A stretch of 64,000 nucleotides of DNA, from positions 51,398,001-51,462,000 of the forward strand of contig NC_043014.1 in assembly GCF_006345805.1 (NCBI RefSeq), in the 5' to 3' direction. The translations under genes and the position numbers were made by a program. Positions 25,605 through 38,877 of this stretch are shown here, in pieces. The stretch's first letter is position 1; every line of letters begins with the position of its first letter. Below the pieces are notes generated by a model. That model saw only the letters and a program-made list of their open reading frames with translations. It was not told where the DNA came from and ran no database searches. This DNA is from Octopus sinensis (taxonomy: Eukaryota).

Positions 25605-26414
25605 ATATAATATGTACATATGTGATTATATGTGGGCGTATATATGAAATATATATATATATATGTAGGCAGAGAAATATGCGCGCGTGTCTAAATACAC
25701 AAATGTATAAAAATCATCTATCCATGAATAGCTAGCTATTTGCCTACTTGCCTATCTGACAAATAATCAATCAAAATCCCTTTTTTCTTCCCCCCTTCTC
25801 TCATAACTCCTGTATATATATCGTTCCCTGTTTCTTCCTCTCCTTTTCTCTCCATCTCTTTGTGTATGTGTGTGTGTGTCCGTACAAACACATGCACATC
25901 TGTATAGACACTGCTATGGTTGTTTTTTCTTTCGACAAACATCACAGCAATCCCTTATATTCATATGTATGTATATATGGTAATTTATATATATATATAT
26001 ATATATCCATCAGGTGCAACTGCCTGCATTATGCAGTAAATGCATAGTGTGGCATTATTAATATTCATCGCGTTACCATTCCGTAAGGGTTCAACGCAGA
26101 GCACACCGACCGTGATCATATCAATGAGAGAGAATGTACAATTGATGGAAGTCGGAATCAGAAATTAACTCGAATAGGAATCCATAATATCATTGTCGAT
26201 ACCAAGGCCGAAAGAAGACGGTTCTCGTTTGATTATATAGCTTTTACATAATACATCATGTCCATTGTAAATTTTCTCTTTTTGAAACTTGGAGATCTTT
26301 GGCCGAGAACAATCCATTATTAGGTGTATAATGTTTTTTTTTTCCCTTTTTTTCTTTCATATTTCGTTCTTGGTCCATAAAAGTCAGAACATAGAATTCT
26401 TTCTTTTATTCTTT

Positions 26415-26600
26415 TCCTTGTTTCAGTTATTTGACTGCGGCCATGCTGGAGCACCGCCTTTAGTCGAACAAATCGATCCCAAAACTCATTCTTTGTAGGC
26501 TTAGTACTTATTCTATCGGTATCTCTTTCCGAACCGATAAGTTACGGGGACGTAAACACCCCAACAGTGGTTGTCAAGCGATGATGGGAACAAACAGAGA
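26415..26600 (-). mobile_element. SINE-like family D
   Basis: gactgcggccatgctggagcaccgcctttagtcgaac...gttacggggacgtaaacacc; reverse complement of 28835-29020. Confidence 0.8.
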
Positions 26601-26640
26601 CACAAATACACACACACACACACACCACACACACACACAC

Positions 26641-26712
<72 letters not shown>

Positions 26713-26717
26713 CATAT

Positions 26718-26875
26718 ATATGAGTTTCTTTCAGTTTCCGTCTACCAAATCCACTCACAAGGCTTTGGTCAGCCCGAGGCTACAGTAGAAGACACTTGCC
26801 CGAGTTTCCATGCAGAGGGACTGAACCCGGAACCATGTGGTTGGTAAGGAAGCTTCTTACTACACAGCCACACCA
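26718..26875 (-). mobile_element. tRNA-derived SINE family C
   Basis: Minus strand: ggtgtggctgtgtagtaag (A box), ggttcagtcc (B box), gggcaagtgtcttctact, gccttgtgagtggatttggtagacggaaactgaaag. Confidence 0.85.
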
Positions 26876-26904
26876 ACGTTATAACTTTTATAATAGCTTT
26901 TGTT

Positions 26905-27150
26905 TATATCATTGGACTGCGGCCAGGCTGGGGCACCGACTTAAAGACTTTTAGTCGAACAAATCAACCATTGCAGTTCTTTTGTTTTCGGTCATCATGC
27001 TGGGGCATCTCCTTGAAGAAAGTTTAGACGACCAAATCAATATCGGTATATTTTTTTTAATCTGGCTCTTATTCTATCAAGCTCTCTTGTCGAACTGCTT
27101 TGTTATGAAGACGTAAATAAACAAGCAACAGCTTCGAGTGGTATTGGGCG
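26905..27150 (-). mobile_element. SINE-like family D, degenerate/partly duplicated
   Basis: ggactgcggccaggctggggcaccg...ttattctatc...gaagacgtaaataaac. Confidence 0.6.
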
Positions 27151-27171
27151 TCAAACACACACACACAGTTG

Positions 27172-27327
27172 ACGTGCTTCTTTCAGGTTCCGTCTGCCAA
27201 ATCCGAACGCAAATCTTTCGTCTGTCGGAGGCTGCAGTAGAAGACACTTGACCAATGTCTCACACAGCGGGATTGAACCTGGAGCCATGTGTTTGGGAAG
27301 CAAACTTTTTACCCCGCAGCTACGCCA
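27172..27327 (-). mobile_element. SINE family C
   Basis: ttccgtctgccaaatcc...gtagaagacacttgacc...gattgaacctggagccatgtg. Confidence 0.75.
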
Positions 27328-27791
27328 GTATTTTTTTTATCTGGTTTTTAATCTGGTTTTTATTATATCGGATTAATTTGCCGACGCGATAAGTGGTTGT
27401 AATCAAACCAACATCGGTTGTCAAGGCGTGCAGTGACATACACAGATTCACACACACATACACATGTTCCATATGTATGTGTGTGTGTATGTGTGTGTCT
27501 AAAGATCGACATACATTAAATTCGTCATTAATCCTAATTGCTTGCTATCTCGCTTTGATCCTACTTGCATAAATTTGGCAGATAGTCCATAATTTAATTA
27601 CTTTCAGTAATTGTTTCGTATGGAATAATCATCATTAATTCTACAATTACGTAATTAATACATATAACTAATTTCTACATACGTGAGTGTAAAGCAATTT
27701 TTATCCTCCGCCATCGCGAATATTACGAGAGAAGCCAATCATATTCTGTTTTCATTTAAATACGAGACGAAGTGAATGATCTCTCTCCTTA

Positions 27792-27822
<31 letters not shown>

Positions 27823-28834
27823 CACCCACAGAATTATGTGTCTCTATGGCTTTTGCTTAACGCATGTCTTCTAAGACCATAGAGAAGGTTCCCAGTCCTG
27901 TGGACATTTTGTCTGTGTTTCCTGTTAGAAACCGTTTCCTTTATATTAGTTATATAACTGATGTGGCATAATCTGTCAATAAACTAGAACTGACAACAAA
28001 AAAAAGAAAAGATTCTACGACATACATACATTTCTTTTTAACCATGTTCTAATAATCGTCGATCTACTCCAACCGCTAAATACATGACACACACAAGCCA
28101 CTCACACAGCATGGATGTTACTGTCTTCATATCAAGACCTGTGTTAAAATATAAAAAAATAAACAATGGCTGTTACTGTTACTGCATTACTGACACACAC
28201 GGAATTATACAAAATATAGGGGTTTAGTTCACATGTGGTCTAAACGATTAGGTACGCTAGGTAAGTGCTGTAACGGATTACTAAAGCTCCAAGTTATTAG
28301 CCGAGATGGTAGTTATGGAGCCATTGCAGATTTTCGATATAGAGGATATATAATTGTTAAAGAGGACAACAAACTAAGGCAGGGCAAACATCTCAAGTCA
28401 TATACATTATTATTGGAAAATTATACAGCTGTTTCTAGGATATCCCAGAACATGGGCTATCTCAGAAACAGCTGTAAGACTTTGAATTGTTTTTTCCAAT
28501 AATAATAATGTATATTACTTAGGATGCTTGCCTTCCTTAACGTTTGTTGTCTTTTTTAGCAATTACAGATGGAGTTATACGTAGCTAAAATGGCTTGATG
28601 TGTTGTAATTGGAACTTTAAGAGGCGAGCAGACAACAAGAGAAACGTTTAGAAGAAAGATTCTTGGAAAGCAAGCGTTTCGACCCGTTAGTTTCTTACAC
28701 GCGAAGGAAATTGAGCCGAGCCATGCCATGGCATCTTAATGTCCTGCCGTCGTATATATGTTTATGTATTTATATATATATATATATGTATGTATGTATG
28801 TGTGTGTATATGTTTGTGAGTCTGTGTTTATACC

Positions 28835-29020
28835 CCCAATATCGCTTGACAACCGATGGTGGTGTGTTTACGTCCCCGTAACTAGCGATTTGACAAAACA
28901 GACCGATAGAATAAGTACTAGGCTTACAAAGAATAAGCCCTGGGGTCGATTTGCTCGACTAAAGGCGGTGCTCCAGCATGGCTACAGTCAAATGAGTGAA
29001 ACAAGTAAAAGAGTAAAAGT
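28835..29020 (+). mobile_element. SINE-like family D
   Basis: cgcttgacaaccgatggtggtgtgtttacgtccccgtaac...ggggtcgatttgctcgactaaaggcggtgctccagcatgg, with an aagtaaaagagtaaaag tail. Confidence 0.85.
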
Positions 29021-29655
29021 GTAATACGGTACAGTCGTAAGATACACAACGACGACGACTACGACATTTAATGTGAAATGGACCCAAAATTTCGAATAAT
29101 ACAATTTCCCTAATATCAGCTTTATACCGATCGATCGGGAAGACCAAACTTGTATCGTGTATCTAATTTAATATGGCTTTCCTTCCTACAGCTCTCTGTG
29201 TAATGTCTTGCAGCATTCTTGTGAAGTGGTTGTATCGCAGCCATTCTCACTAAAGTCTCACTCTTTAGATTAGGTAAATGTTATGTTAAATTACTAATTT
29301 ACTCTTATCTGACAAATGTTTCCATGGATTCTATAATTTTCTGAGGAACAGGAGTATATCAAATGTGGTGGACGTACACGTTTCTTTTTCTGCCTATGGT
29401 AATATTTCGATATTCTGTATATAAGTGTGTATGTGTTTGCGCCGTCGATGCATGTATGTATAGATGAATATATGCAAAATAACACAAGCATGTACGTATG
29501 TGTGTGTTGGCGTTCGTGCGTGTTTAAATATATATATTTCAATGAATATATTATCGTATATGTACAAACATGCTAATATAAATAGGTGTATATGTATTTA
29601 AAATTACGTATATACGTACCGCTCTCTTCCTCCCACTTTTCTCTCCTTCTCTCTG

Positions 29656-29697
<42 letters not shown>

Positions 29698-29704
29698 CTT
29701 GACA

Positions 29705-30057
29705 CTCCGTCTATTACGACGAAGATGGTTCCAGTTGATCCGATCAACGGAACAGCCTCCTCGTGAAATTAACGTGCACTCCACAGGCACGTGTACCCTT
29801 AACGTAATTCTCGGGGAGATTCAGCGTGACACAGGGTGTGACAGGACTGGCCCTTTGAAATACAGGTACAACAGAATCAAGAAGAAAGAAAGTTGTGGTG
29901 AAAGAGTACAGCATGTTTCGCCACCTCCTTCTGCCAGATCCTCGTGGAGCCTTAGGTGTTTTCGCTCAATAAACACTCACAACGCCCGGTCTGGGAATCA
30001 AAACCGCGATTCTGCGAATGCACGTCTGCTACCCTAACCACTGGACCACTGCGCCTC
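29705..30057 (-). mobile_element. SINE family E with alternative central domain
   Basis: Family E tail and tRNA-like head flank ggtgaaagagtacagc...taggtgttttcgctcaataaacac instead of the CORE-like block; same structure as 40030-40380. Confidence 0.85.
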
Positions 30058-30286
30058 TATTATATATTTAATTTCTATATAATCACAGAAACATCGGCAC
30101 ACAGATATATGTTGAGAAGTTAAAACCTGCTGTTCTTACGGAATACAAAAACTGAAAAAAATACAAGAAATAATTTTGTTTTGAATCCATCTTAGCAGAA
30201 ACAGCATCTCCCTCAAGCTTTCTGTATACAGAAATATCTTTCCATTCCTGTCATCTATGTATATGTATTGTATATATATATATATA

Positions 30287-30664
30287 TCTATATATAAACG
30301 GCAGTTTGTCTGTGTGTGCTTCCGTGTGTCTGTTTGGTTGTACCCTCACCCTGACCACGGCTTTCAACCGATTCTGATGAAACTTGACACACACATAGCC
30401 CAATGTCATAATTCAAAACTAACGCAGCGAAAATTTTGAAAAGTTCCCCCAGTTCTGAAAAAAATCGATAAATTCGACATGGGGTCGAGAATCAGAAACA
30501 CAAACCACAGACTGTCTAGGGGACGCAACTCGACCTTTTTTAACTCAAAAAAAAATTTACCATCATTTTTTCCCATTTTTTTGCTATTTTTTGGCTATAA
30601 CTCTCTAAAAATGCTTTATAGTTATTTCCCTTACAAACCTGAGCAACGCCGGGCGATACTGCTA

Positions 30665-30665
<1 letters not shown>
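30287..30665 (+). mobile_element. Non-autonomous Helitron (379 bp)
   Basis: Begins TC(TATATATAAA) after A and ends CTAG before T. Subterminal hairpin cctgagcaacgccggg at 30638-30653, with a ctgt microsatellite and ccgattctgatgaaact motif near the 5' end. Confidence 0.85.
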
Positions 30666-30707
<42 letters not shown>

Positions 30708-30983
30708 ATATATATATATGATAGAGTGAACCGCTCCTTTCTTGCATAGATTCCCTTGCACTGTGTTTCATTACAATGAGTTTTGAGTAGGGGCATATTA
30801 AGAGGAGGGGAAACCCCTGAAGGTAGAAAGGCGAAAAGATTTATTTAGTTGCGGTTGCTGTTTCTCCTCGTGCCAAGTTTGAAATAACCACCCTGCTGTA
30901 TCCGTGTCAATCTAAGGAAATTTTATTCTGTATCTAGATTTTGTTTCTGCTTCATTTATCAATGAATTTATTTATTTACATAT

Positions 30984-31018
<35 letters not shown>

Positions 31019-31110
31019 TGTAAAGCTTATTGATTATTTCCGGAGAATTAGCAATAACTAGCATTGCATTTTGTTTGCAAATGAACTAAATAGGTAGAGA
31101 GGTAGATGTT

Positions 31111-31515
31111 TAGGTAAGTAGACACCTAAAATAGATAGGTAGATAGATTGATAGATAAATAGGTAGAGAGATAGATGGGAAGGTGGAGTGATAGAGGGTT
31201 AGGTAAGAAGACAACTAAATTAGATAGGTAGATAGATTGATAGATACATAGGTAGAGAGATAGATGGGAAGGTGGAGTGATAGAGGGTTAGGTAAGAAGA
31301 CAACTAAATTAGATAGGTAGATAGATTGATAGATAAATAGGTAGAGAGATAGATGGGAAGGTGGAGTGATAGAGGGTTAGGTAAGAAGACAACTAAATTA
31401 GATAGGTAGATAGATTGATAGATAAATAGGTAGAGAGATAGATGGGAAGGTGGAGTGATAGAGGGTTAGGTAAGTGGACACCTAAAATAGATAGGTAGAT
31501 AGATTGATAGATTGA
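31111..31515. repeat. 89-bp tandem minisatellite, about 4.5 copies
   Basis: ggtaag anchor at 31113, 31202, 31291, 31380 and 31469 (exact 89-bp period). Confidence 0.95.
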
Positions 31516-32109
31516 TTAGTACGTAGATAAAGAGACCAGATATGGACAGACATACAGATGTTTAGATACAGAGTTAGCTAAATACATAGGGAGAACAAGA
31601 GATGATTAGATATATAAGTTACATAGAACGGAGAAGCAGAAGGAAAGACAGACAGGCAGACATAGATAGATAGATTGATACGAAGATAAAGAAACCAGAG
31701 AGAGAGAAAGGCATACCGTTGTTTAAATATAGCGTTAGCTAATACATAGTGGGAACAAGATAGTGTTAGATATATTGTTATATAGAATAGATAGGTAGGT
31801 AGGTAGGTAGGTAGCCAATTATATACGCAGATGCATAAAAAAACACACAGTTCGATGGATACATATATGGAAAGATAGATGATGAGATATACAGATAGTC
31901 AGACAGATGCATAAGCAGACATACATACAGACAGATCGATAGCTCGATAGATGCAGGCGGATAGGTAGGTACAGAGGTGAATAAAGAAATAAAGACGATG
32001 TCAGTAAACTAGGTGAAATATTTATGCATGCTTGAAAAGCGAACGTTTACGTTTTATGCCTATAATTTATTATTTAGACTTATTCACTAAATTATTATTA
32101 TTATTATTA

Positions 32110-32140
<31 letters not shown>

Positions 32141-32679
32141 CATTATTATTATTATATCGGTTGGTTTCACAGTATTTATTGTTAATGCATCCATTTGAAA
32201 TGGGATTTCCAAAATACTTGCTCTTTCGAAACAGTTTAATCTCTCGAGACGAACTTAAGAGCGAGCGAACGAGTAAATACAATTTTCCTCTTTTATATAA
32301 TTATTTATCTGTTCTTTATTTTTTTTTACTTCCTAAAATTAATTTATTTTTTCTCTTTATATATATTTATGCATTTATCTATTTAGTATATGCACCTGAT
32401 TTTATTTTCTTTTATTTATCGCTTGATTAATTTATATATTTCCATTTAGGTTTTCAATACATTCAGGTACTCCTCATCTCAACACCACTTTAGACTAAGC
32501 GCTAGGCTTGCGGCTAAATTTTTACATTTTCGCTTTCTATCGCTTTTTTTTACCTTATATATTTTTTCCCAGTTTTTGTTCGTAAGAAAACATACGGGAT
32601 ATTATCGAATCCCTTTAAGGCCGGCACCTTAATTGAATAGTTTTTATCATCATCATCATCATCATCATAATGATCATCA

Positions 32680-32729
<50 letters not shown>

Positions 32730-33288
32730 TATTATTATTATTATTTCAACGCGTTTCCATCTTCAGTTTAGAGGGAAATAACACGTAAAAATCTCTATCT
32801 CACAAATAACTTTGGTGATACCACAAAGGAATTACTAAGCTAATGTTATTAAAATGCTGACATTATTGCGGCAAGAATAAAAGAAATAGAAATAGAAAGA
32901 GAAAATGCGGGGGGGGGGAATCAGAGCAAAATAAATAAATAAATAAATAAATAGATAAAATATAGAAAGAAGGAATGGAAGGAAGGGAGGAAGAAAGGAA
33001 GGATGATGAACTAAATGAGCGACTGAATCGTCGTTATTAGTTTATGGCTGAAAATTAATTAACTTGAGTGCTGTTACGACCCTTCCCAATGTGACCTTCA
33101 AGTTCATACTCAAGGGATTGATCAATCTGAAATCTGCATATTCCCTACTTATACATACATGCATTACATACATACATACATACAGACTTGCACGTATGTG
33201 TATATATGTATTTAACTATGTATGTGTATACATATAAACGTTTATGCCAGTATGTGTATATAAATATATCTATATCTATCTATATATC

Positions 33289-33322
<34 letters not shown>

Positions 33323-33324
33323 AA

Positions 33325-33500
33325 TATATATGTATATATTTATCTATCTATCTATATATATGTATATATTTATCTATCTATCTATATATATGTATATATT
33401 TATCTATCTATCTATATATATGTATATATTTATCTATCTATCTATATATATGTATATATTTATCTATCTATCTATATATATGTATATATTTATCTATCTA
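33325..33500. repeat. 30-bp higher-order (TA)/(TATC) repeat
   Basis: atatatgtatatatttatctatctatctat repeated about 5-6 times (the [10 protein letters not shown] repeats in the ORF track). Confidence 0.85.
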
Positions 33501-34254
33501 TATATATATATATATTATATTTATCTATATATATATATATATATATATTATTTATCTATCTATCTATCTATATTATATATATATATATATTTATCTATCT
33601 ATCTCTCTATATATATATTTATCTCTCTCTCTATATATATATATCTATTTATCTATCTCTTTATCTATCTATTTATCTATCTATATATCTATCTATCTAT
33701 TTATCTATCTATATATATATATATCTATCTATATCTATCTAATTATCTATCTATTTATCTATCTCCTTCTCTCTCTCTCTCTCTCTATCTATCTATGAAC
33801 TCGCGCACATAGACACATGTATATATACATGTAAATACGCATGCACGCGCAATAGGTGTTTTACATATTGCCTCAAGCATTCTGGTGCAGTTCATTACTC
33901 GGAATCTTCCAGCACCAATTCGATTAAACCAACCGCATCAACAATAATTCACCGGTGTTTAATATAATTTTTTTTTATTGATCTCAGATTGACGAATGAC
34001 AATGTCGACCTCAGTGCCATTTCAAATCGAAATGGAATGTCATAGGTGTGTTTTCACTTAGCCATTGAACTGCAACAACAACAACAACAGCAAGAGCGAA
34101 GAATATGATTAGAACTAGAATTACTACCATAACAAGGAGCATCGCTGCTGTTGCTGCTGTGGTAGATGTTATCGCACTAGAAATGCCATTAATCGTAGAA
34201 ATTAATGAGATATTAAATAAAATAGTGATTCATTTTCTGATGTTGAGTCTCTAT

Positions 34255-34422
34255 GTAGGCAAACGAATGGACGTTTGGTAAGAAGTGTGTATTCCAACCA
34301 AAAGGTTTCAGGTTCTGTCCCCACTGTGTGGTATCGGGAGTAAATGTCTTCCGCTATAGCCCCGGGTCGACCAATGCATTGTGAGAGGACTTGTCCACGG
34401 AAACTAAAAAAAAAAGCCAGTC
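34255..34422 (+). mobile_element. SINE family C
   Basis: tggtaagaagt...caggttctgtccc...tgtcttccgctatagccccgggtcgacc...cggaaact. Confidence 0.7.
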
Positions 34423-34461
34423 GTGTGTGTGTGTGTATGTATGTAGCTATCGCTCTGTGTA

Positions 34462-34649
34462 CATGATGGATCGTTAGCCACTACACACATTTTTTTTCTC
34501 CTTGTTTTTTTTCTGTGTTCCTTTCTGTAGAAGAGCGTAGGCTCGAAACGTAAAAGACTTGTTCTATTCCTGAGCGTTATACTAATACATCTGTTTGTTT
34601 TGTACACCACCAATCTTCGTCTTTTGTTTTTATTTTCGTAAACTCTCCC

Positions 34650-34650
<1 letters not shown>
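34462..34650 (+). mobile_element. Family F element with HHR-like motif (34521-34556)
   Basis: CUUU-CUGUAGA-A-GAGC(GUAG)GCUC-GAAA-CG-UA-AAAG. Confidence 0.75.
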
Positions 34651-34690
<40 letters not shown>

Positions 34691-36665
34691 CTTTGTCTTT
34701 GTCCCACAACACTGCTTCAAATTCGGTGTTAATTTCTTTACACCCCACCCCCGCAACATTCGTTCATCAAATCTGTTCGTCAAACAGATCGATACAATAA
34801 TTACCAAGCATAGAAAACATTAAAATCTAAGTGGGGTCCCACCCGCAAGGTTATGCACGCTTTCTCTCGATATGAGGTCACCATGTTGCGCACATATGCT
34901 TGTGATGCATATATCTGATGTACGCTTATCAGACGAGTAGCCATGATAGGTGTACTGAGCTTCGGAAATTTCTACCCCAGCGTCACTTTGATGGCATGTA
35001 CATATAAGAATGCTAATAATGTTTTTTAAATTCCGGCACAAAGCCAGTGAATTAAGGGGGTAGAGTTTAATCGACTTTATTGCCCTCATTACTCAACCTG
35101 TACTTTTTTTAATCGACTCTGCGATGATGATATGTCCTCGCTGAAAGAAATGGCGTTAAACAGTTTTTCCGGCACCCAAATGATTCCGTTCATCTGGTCG
35201 TCTTGATAATTATAGTAGTACTGTTTGCCATAATAATAGTTGTAGTTGTTGTAGTGGGTAATAATAATAATGACAATAATAATAGTTGTCGTACTAGTTG
35301 TTGTTGTTGTTGTAGTAGTAATAATGATAATAACGAACATGAAGGTACTGAAATGCATTTTTGTCATTACGATAGATTAGCTAAGTTAATGGATATTATT
35401 TTTCTATTAGACGCTTCGCTTAGTTCTATTAGTTGACTTACTGGTCTACTTCATTCCATTCTGTTTTAATGTTAAGCTTGTTTATTTGCTTATTTTCTTG
35501 CCTTCTTCTTTGTAGCTGCTTTCTTTTCTTTTCTTTTATAACTCTTTGATCTCTTACAGAACCGCGTTCCGGCTGTGATCTTTAAACAGGGGGAAAAAAA
35601 GTTTTAAATCTCTCGGTCACTTAGTTTCCTGATACGTTTTCAATTCCCAGCTGAAATATACATTCTTATCATTTGTGCATGTTACGCTAACCTCGTCCTC
35701 AGCTTCTTCTTCCCCGTGAATTTATTGGGTTATTTCTCGCAAGAAAATAAAACAAAAAAAATCAATTTACACCACGTGACAGGTAACATAAGGGCATAAC
35801 GTTCAAATCCTGCAATACAAGCAAGCGTAAAAATGTATATTCTGTTATGATGTTTTTAAATTTCCAAGTTGGTAAATAATGGTCTGTAAACAAAGGCAAA
35901 GGAATCCATGATTCGTTACATAATACTCATAGAATTATTATGATTAGGAAGAAATCATAGCAAAACTAGACAATGTCTTGTTTTGAATTCCCCAAATAAA
36001 ACTAATTATTAACGCTCACGGTTTTGGTTTGAAAATTGGTATCATCCTCATTGAAACTATAACCCGTTCCCTTCTATGATAGGGTGTTCATGCTTCAGCA
36101 ATGAAAATGAAGAACTCCGGACAACAGTGCACACCGGAATTATTTCAAAGATTATTCGAGATTTAGTTTCAACGATGGCGCATAAGCAATGTCTGTGATG
36201 GAAATTGTGGCGTAGCCTGATTGTATACAGAAAGGGTTACTCTAACAACAATTGCACTTAAAACGACATATAACAGCTAAGAATACACCTATACACGGTT
36301 TTGTCTTACTTTAGATATAACACACACGCGCACACACACACATACACACACATAATCGTTATTTGCAATGAGTACAGCTAAATCGAAAACGACGATGTGG
36401 ATAGTTAATCTTGATACGTTCCGGCAGATTAGAACGCAAAATATGCAAGTTGTTGTTGTGTACGTCGCAGGAGAACGACTTCTTCCGTTCACGATGACAG
36501 TAGGTTTATAACACACTCGAATCTTCGACGCAGGGTATCTGAGACACCGTTACTTCGTTCTCTTGTCCCGTCAGCTAGATATACTCGAATCTTTTGAACC
36601 TAAACAACCTTGTAGCTTTGTTATATAACATTTTAACCTGTGAAACCTTTAATCCAAACACGTTC

Positions 36666-36704
<39 letters not shown>

Positions 36705-36714
36705 CGCATCTCTT

Positions 36715-36870
36715 TCCCATCTCCATTGTTTTATTTCCTCATTTCAATCTGTAGAAGAGCGTATGCTCGAAACGTCAAAGACTCTTTGATTTTTTCCTGA
36801 GCGTCACACTAATACATTTTTGCTGTTCTCTCACCTGTCTCCGTCCTCTGCTTTTGTACAAGTTTGAACT
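36715..36870 (+). mobile_element. Family F element with HHR-like motif (36749-36780)
   Basis: CUGUAGA-A-GAGC(GUAU)GCUC-GAAA-CG-UC-AAAG; the 5' strand of helix I is diverged. Confidence 0.7.
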
Positions 36871-38269
36871 ATATATATATATATATATATATATATGAGT
36901 AATAGACAATCTCCTATAGATAAAAGGATACTGATAGCATTAGATAACTCCAAAGTATGCGTCTGGTCGGAGTCACCCGTCCTCCCGAAAATATCAACGA
37001 ATTGAGAATTTAATCATCTCCTACCGAGCGGACATTACGAAAGATCATATATATTCCTTTATATCTTTAATGGTATATAATGATGATGATACTACTGTTA
37101 TAGAGATCATATGTGTAATTTCATACTTGTTAGCCGATTTAATTTGCATCATTCTGATTAGTATTTATTTACAATTATCATAAACGCTAATTGATCTCGA
37201 GTCTTGAATAATTTGGTATGTAGATGAGTTAAACAATATTTTCACCTTGTATTATATTAATGACAATAGCAACGACTTTTAGAATTGAGACACATCAAAC
37301 TAAATACATCTTCAAGTACTTACATCTGTTTTTCTGCTGGATAGACGCTGCTGTCTGATTCCAATAACTTCGATGTCAGAAGTGATTATCACCGAATCAG
37401 AAACGAATCTCAATGAATGCGACTTCCATATCTGAATGACTTCTATGTAAAATATTCTCGAGGAATGCGTATCTCACATTTTCGGGGTCCTGCGTCAAAC
37501 CGCTTCGGGGTCTGTATGAAACATCTGGTAGGAGACGCGATATGTGACAAAACATCTGGTGGACGGGGAACTGTTTGGGGGTAACCATTTGGTTAGATGG
37601 TTTGTATCACACAACTAGAGGTCCGTGTCAGACTTATTCGAGATCTGTGTCAATATTCTCAGTGTTAGACGCATATACCTTCAGTGATTCGAAAGAAACA
37701 TCTTCCGGATTTGAGTCGTTGAGCTTTCCTACCTGATTCAGACCTCTTCTGAATGAAACATCTTCTTTGTGTGACCCTAAACCAGTGATTCTCGATTGGG
37801 CTCCATGATATTCTTGGGGTCCATATGACCCTTGGAAGCTTATATAAGATTTTGTTAACACTTATGTGCAATAAAGATGGTTATACTTCTATAATACGCA
37901 AAATATTTCAACAACTTTTGTACAATTCCTAATATCATTCCCATACAATATTATAATGGATTTTTATTTAAACATCGACTGGCTGAGGAGCTCCAATTGA
38001 GTAAAACAGGAATCAAAGAGGTTCACAGAACCACTGCTCTGACCCCTTCGGTATTTGAGTGAAGCGGTTAGTGAAAATCTCTCACTCTTCACATTCTAAA
38101 CAGTAGCAAAATAAGCAACAGTAAAAATGAAATAAATATATATATACACACACATATCCTTACCAAAGATCATCAAAAGTCTCTATTCATTCTGAATGGT
38201 TTGGGGGCCAAGGTAGCCAATCGTCTCTGCTGCTTTAATAAATACAGCTACCCTATTTGCAAAATTCGA

Positions 38270-38440
38270 TATAGGCACAAAGCTGGATATTTGGGGGCAG
38301 GGTCTAGCCCATTACATCAACATTAGTGCTCAACTAATACTTATTTTATCTAGTCCAAAATGATGCAAGGCAAAGTCGACCTAGCCGGCATTTGAACTCA
38401 GGGTGTAAAGAACGAAGAATTGCTGCTATGTATTTGTTAA
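38270..38440 (-). mobile_element. SINE family A (alternative tail), degenerate
   Basis: aggcacaaagctggat...atgatgcaaggcaaagtcgacct...atttgaactcag. Confidence 0.65.
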
Positions 38441-38641
38441 TAGTAATGGTTATTTCTAATTTTAGTACACGGTTAGCAATGCTTAGGAGTGGAAGAATTC
38501 AATTGTATCGACCCAAGCACATGATTAGTACTTCAATGTATCGATCCTGGGGACCCGCAGTAAAAATCGCTCTCGAAATCTCGAGATGGGAAACCAAGCC
38601 CTTCTTCCTCTCGCTACAACGTCAGCCGTCAGCTAATGTAT

Positions 38642-38877
38642 TTATTTCTTTACTACCCACAAGGGGCTAAACACAGAGAAGACAAACAAGGACAGACACA
38701 CGGATTAAGTCGATTATATCGACCCCAGTGCGTAACTGGTACTTATTTAATCGACCCCGAAAGGATGAAAGGCAAAGTCGACCTCGGCGGAATTTGAACT
38801 CAGAACGTAGCGGCAGACGAAATATCCGCTAAGCATTTCGCCCGACGTGCTAACGCTTCTGCCGGCTCGCCGCCTTC
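38642..38877 (-). mobile_element. Full-length SINE family A with decayed TSD
   Basis: Complete head-body-tail. Flanks cgtcagctaatgtat (38627-38641) and catcggctaatgtat (38878-38892) match at 13/15. Confidence 0.92.

Noticed and set aside
28233-28502. 89-aa ORF in unique sequence
   Set aside because: No recognisable motif or consistent splice signals; its length is within chance expectation.
28660-28705. Minus-strand GGTCGAAACGC family F-like HHR remnant
   Set aside because: Core and helices are too degraded to assign.
30370-30390. CTGATGAAAC as a hammerhead core
   Set aside because: Part of the common Helitron ccgattctgatgaaact motif; no helix II between CUGAUGA and GAAA.
31111-31515. Regularly spaced repeats as a CRISPR array
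   Set aside because: Head-to-tail units with no unique spacers, in eukaryotic context, with no cas genes.
35521-35781. Strong plus-strand polypyrimidine acceptor (ttacag at 35559) with a downstream donor
   Set aside because: All three frames hit stops before any donor; no support for a coding exon.
37783-37860. cagtgattctc... hAT/Charlie-like terminus
   Set aside because: No matching second TIR or 8-bp TSD found.
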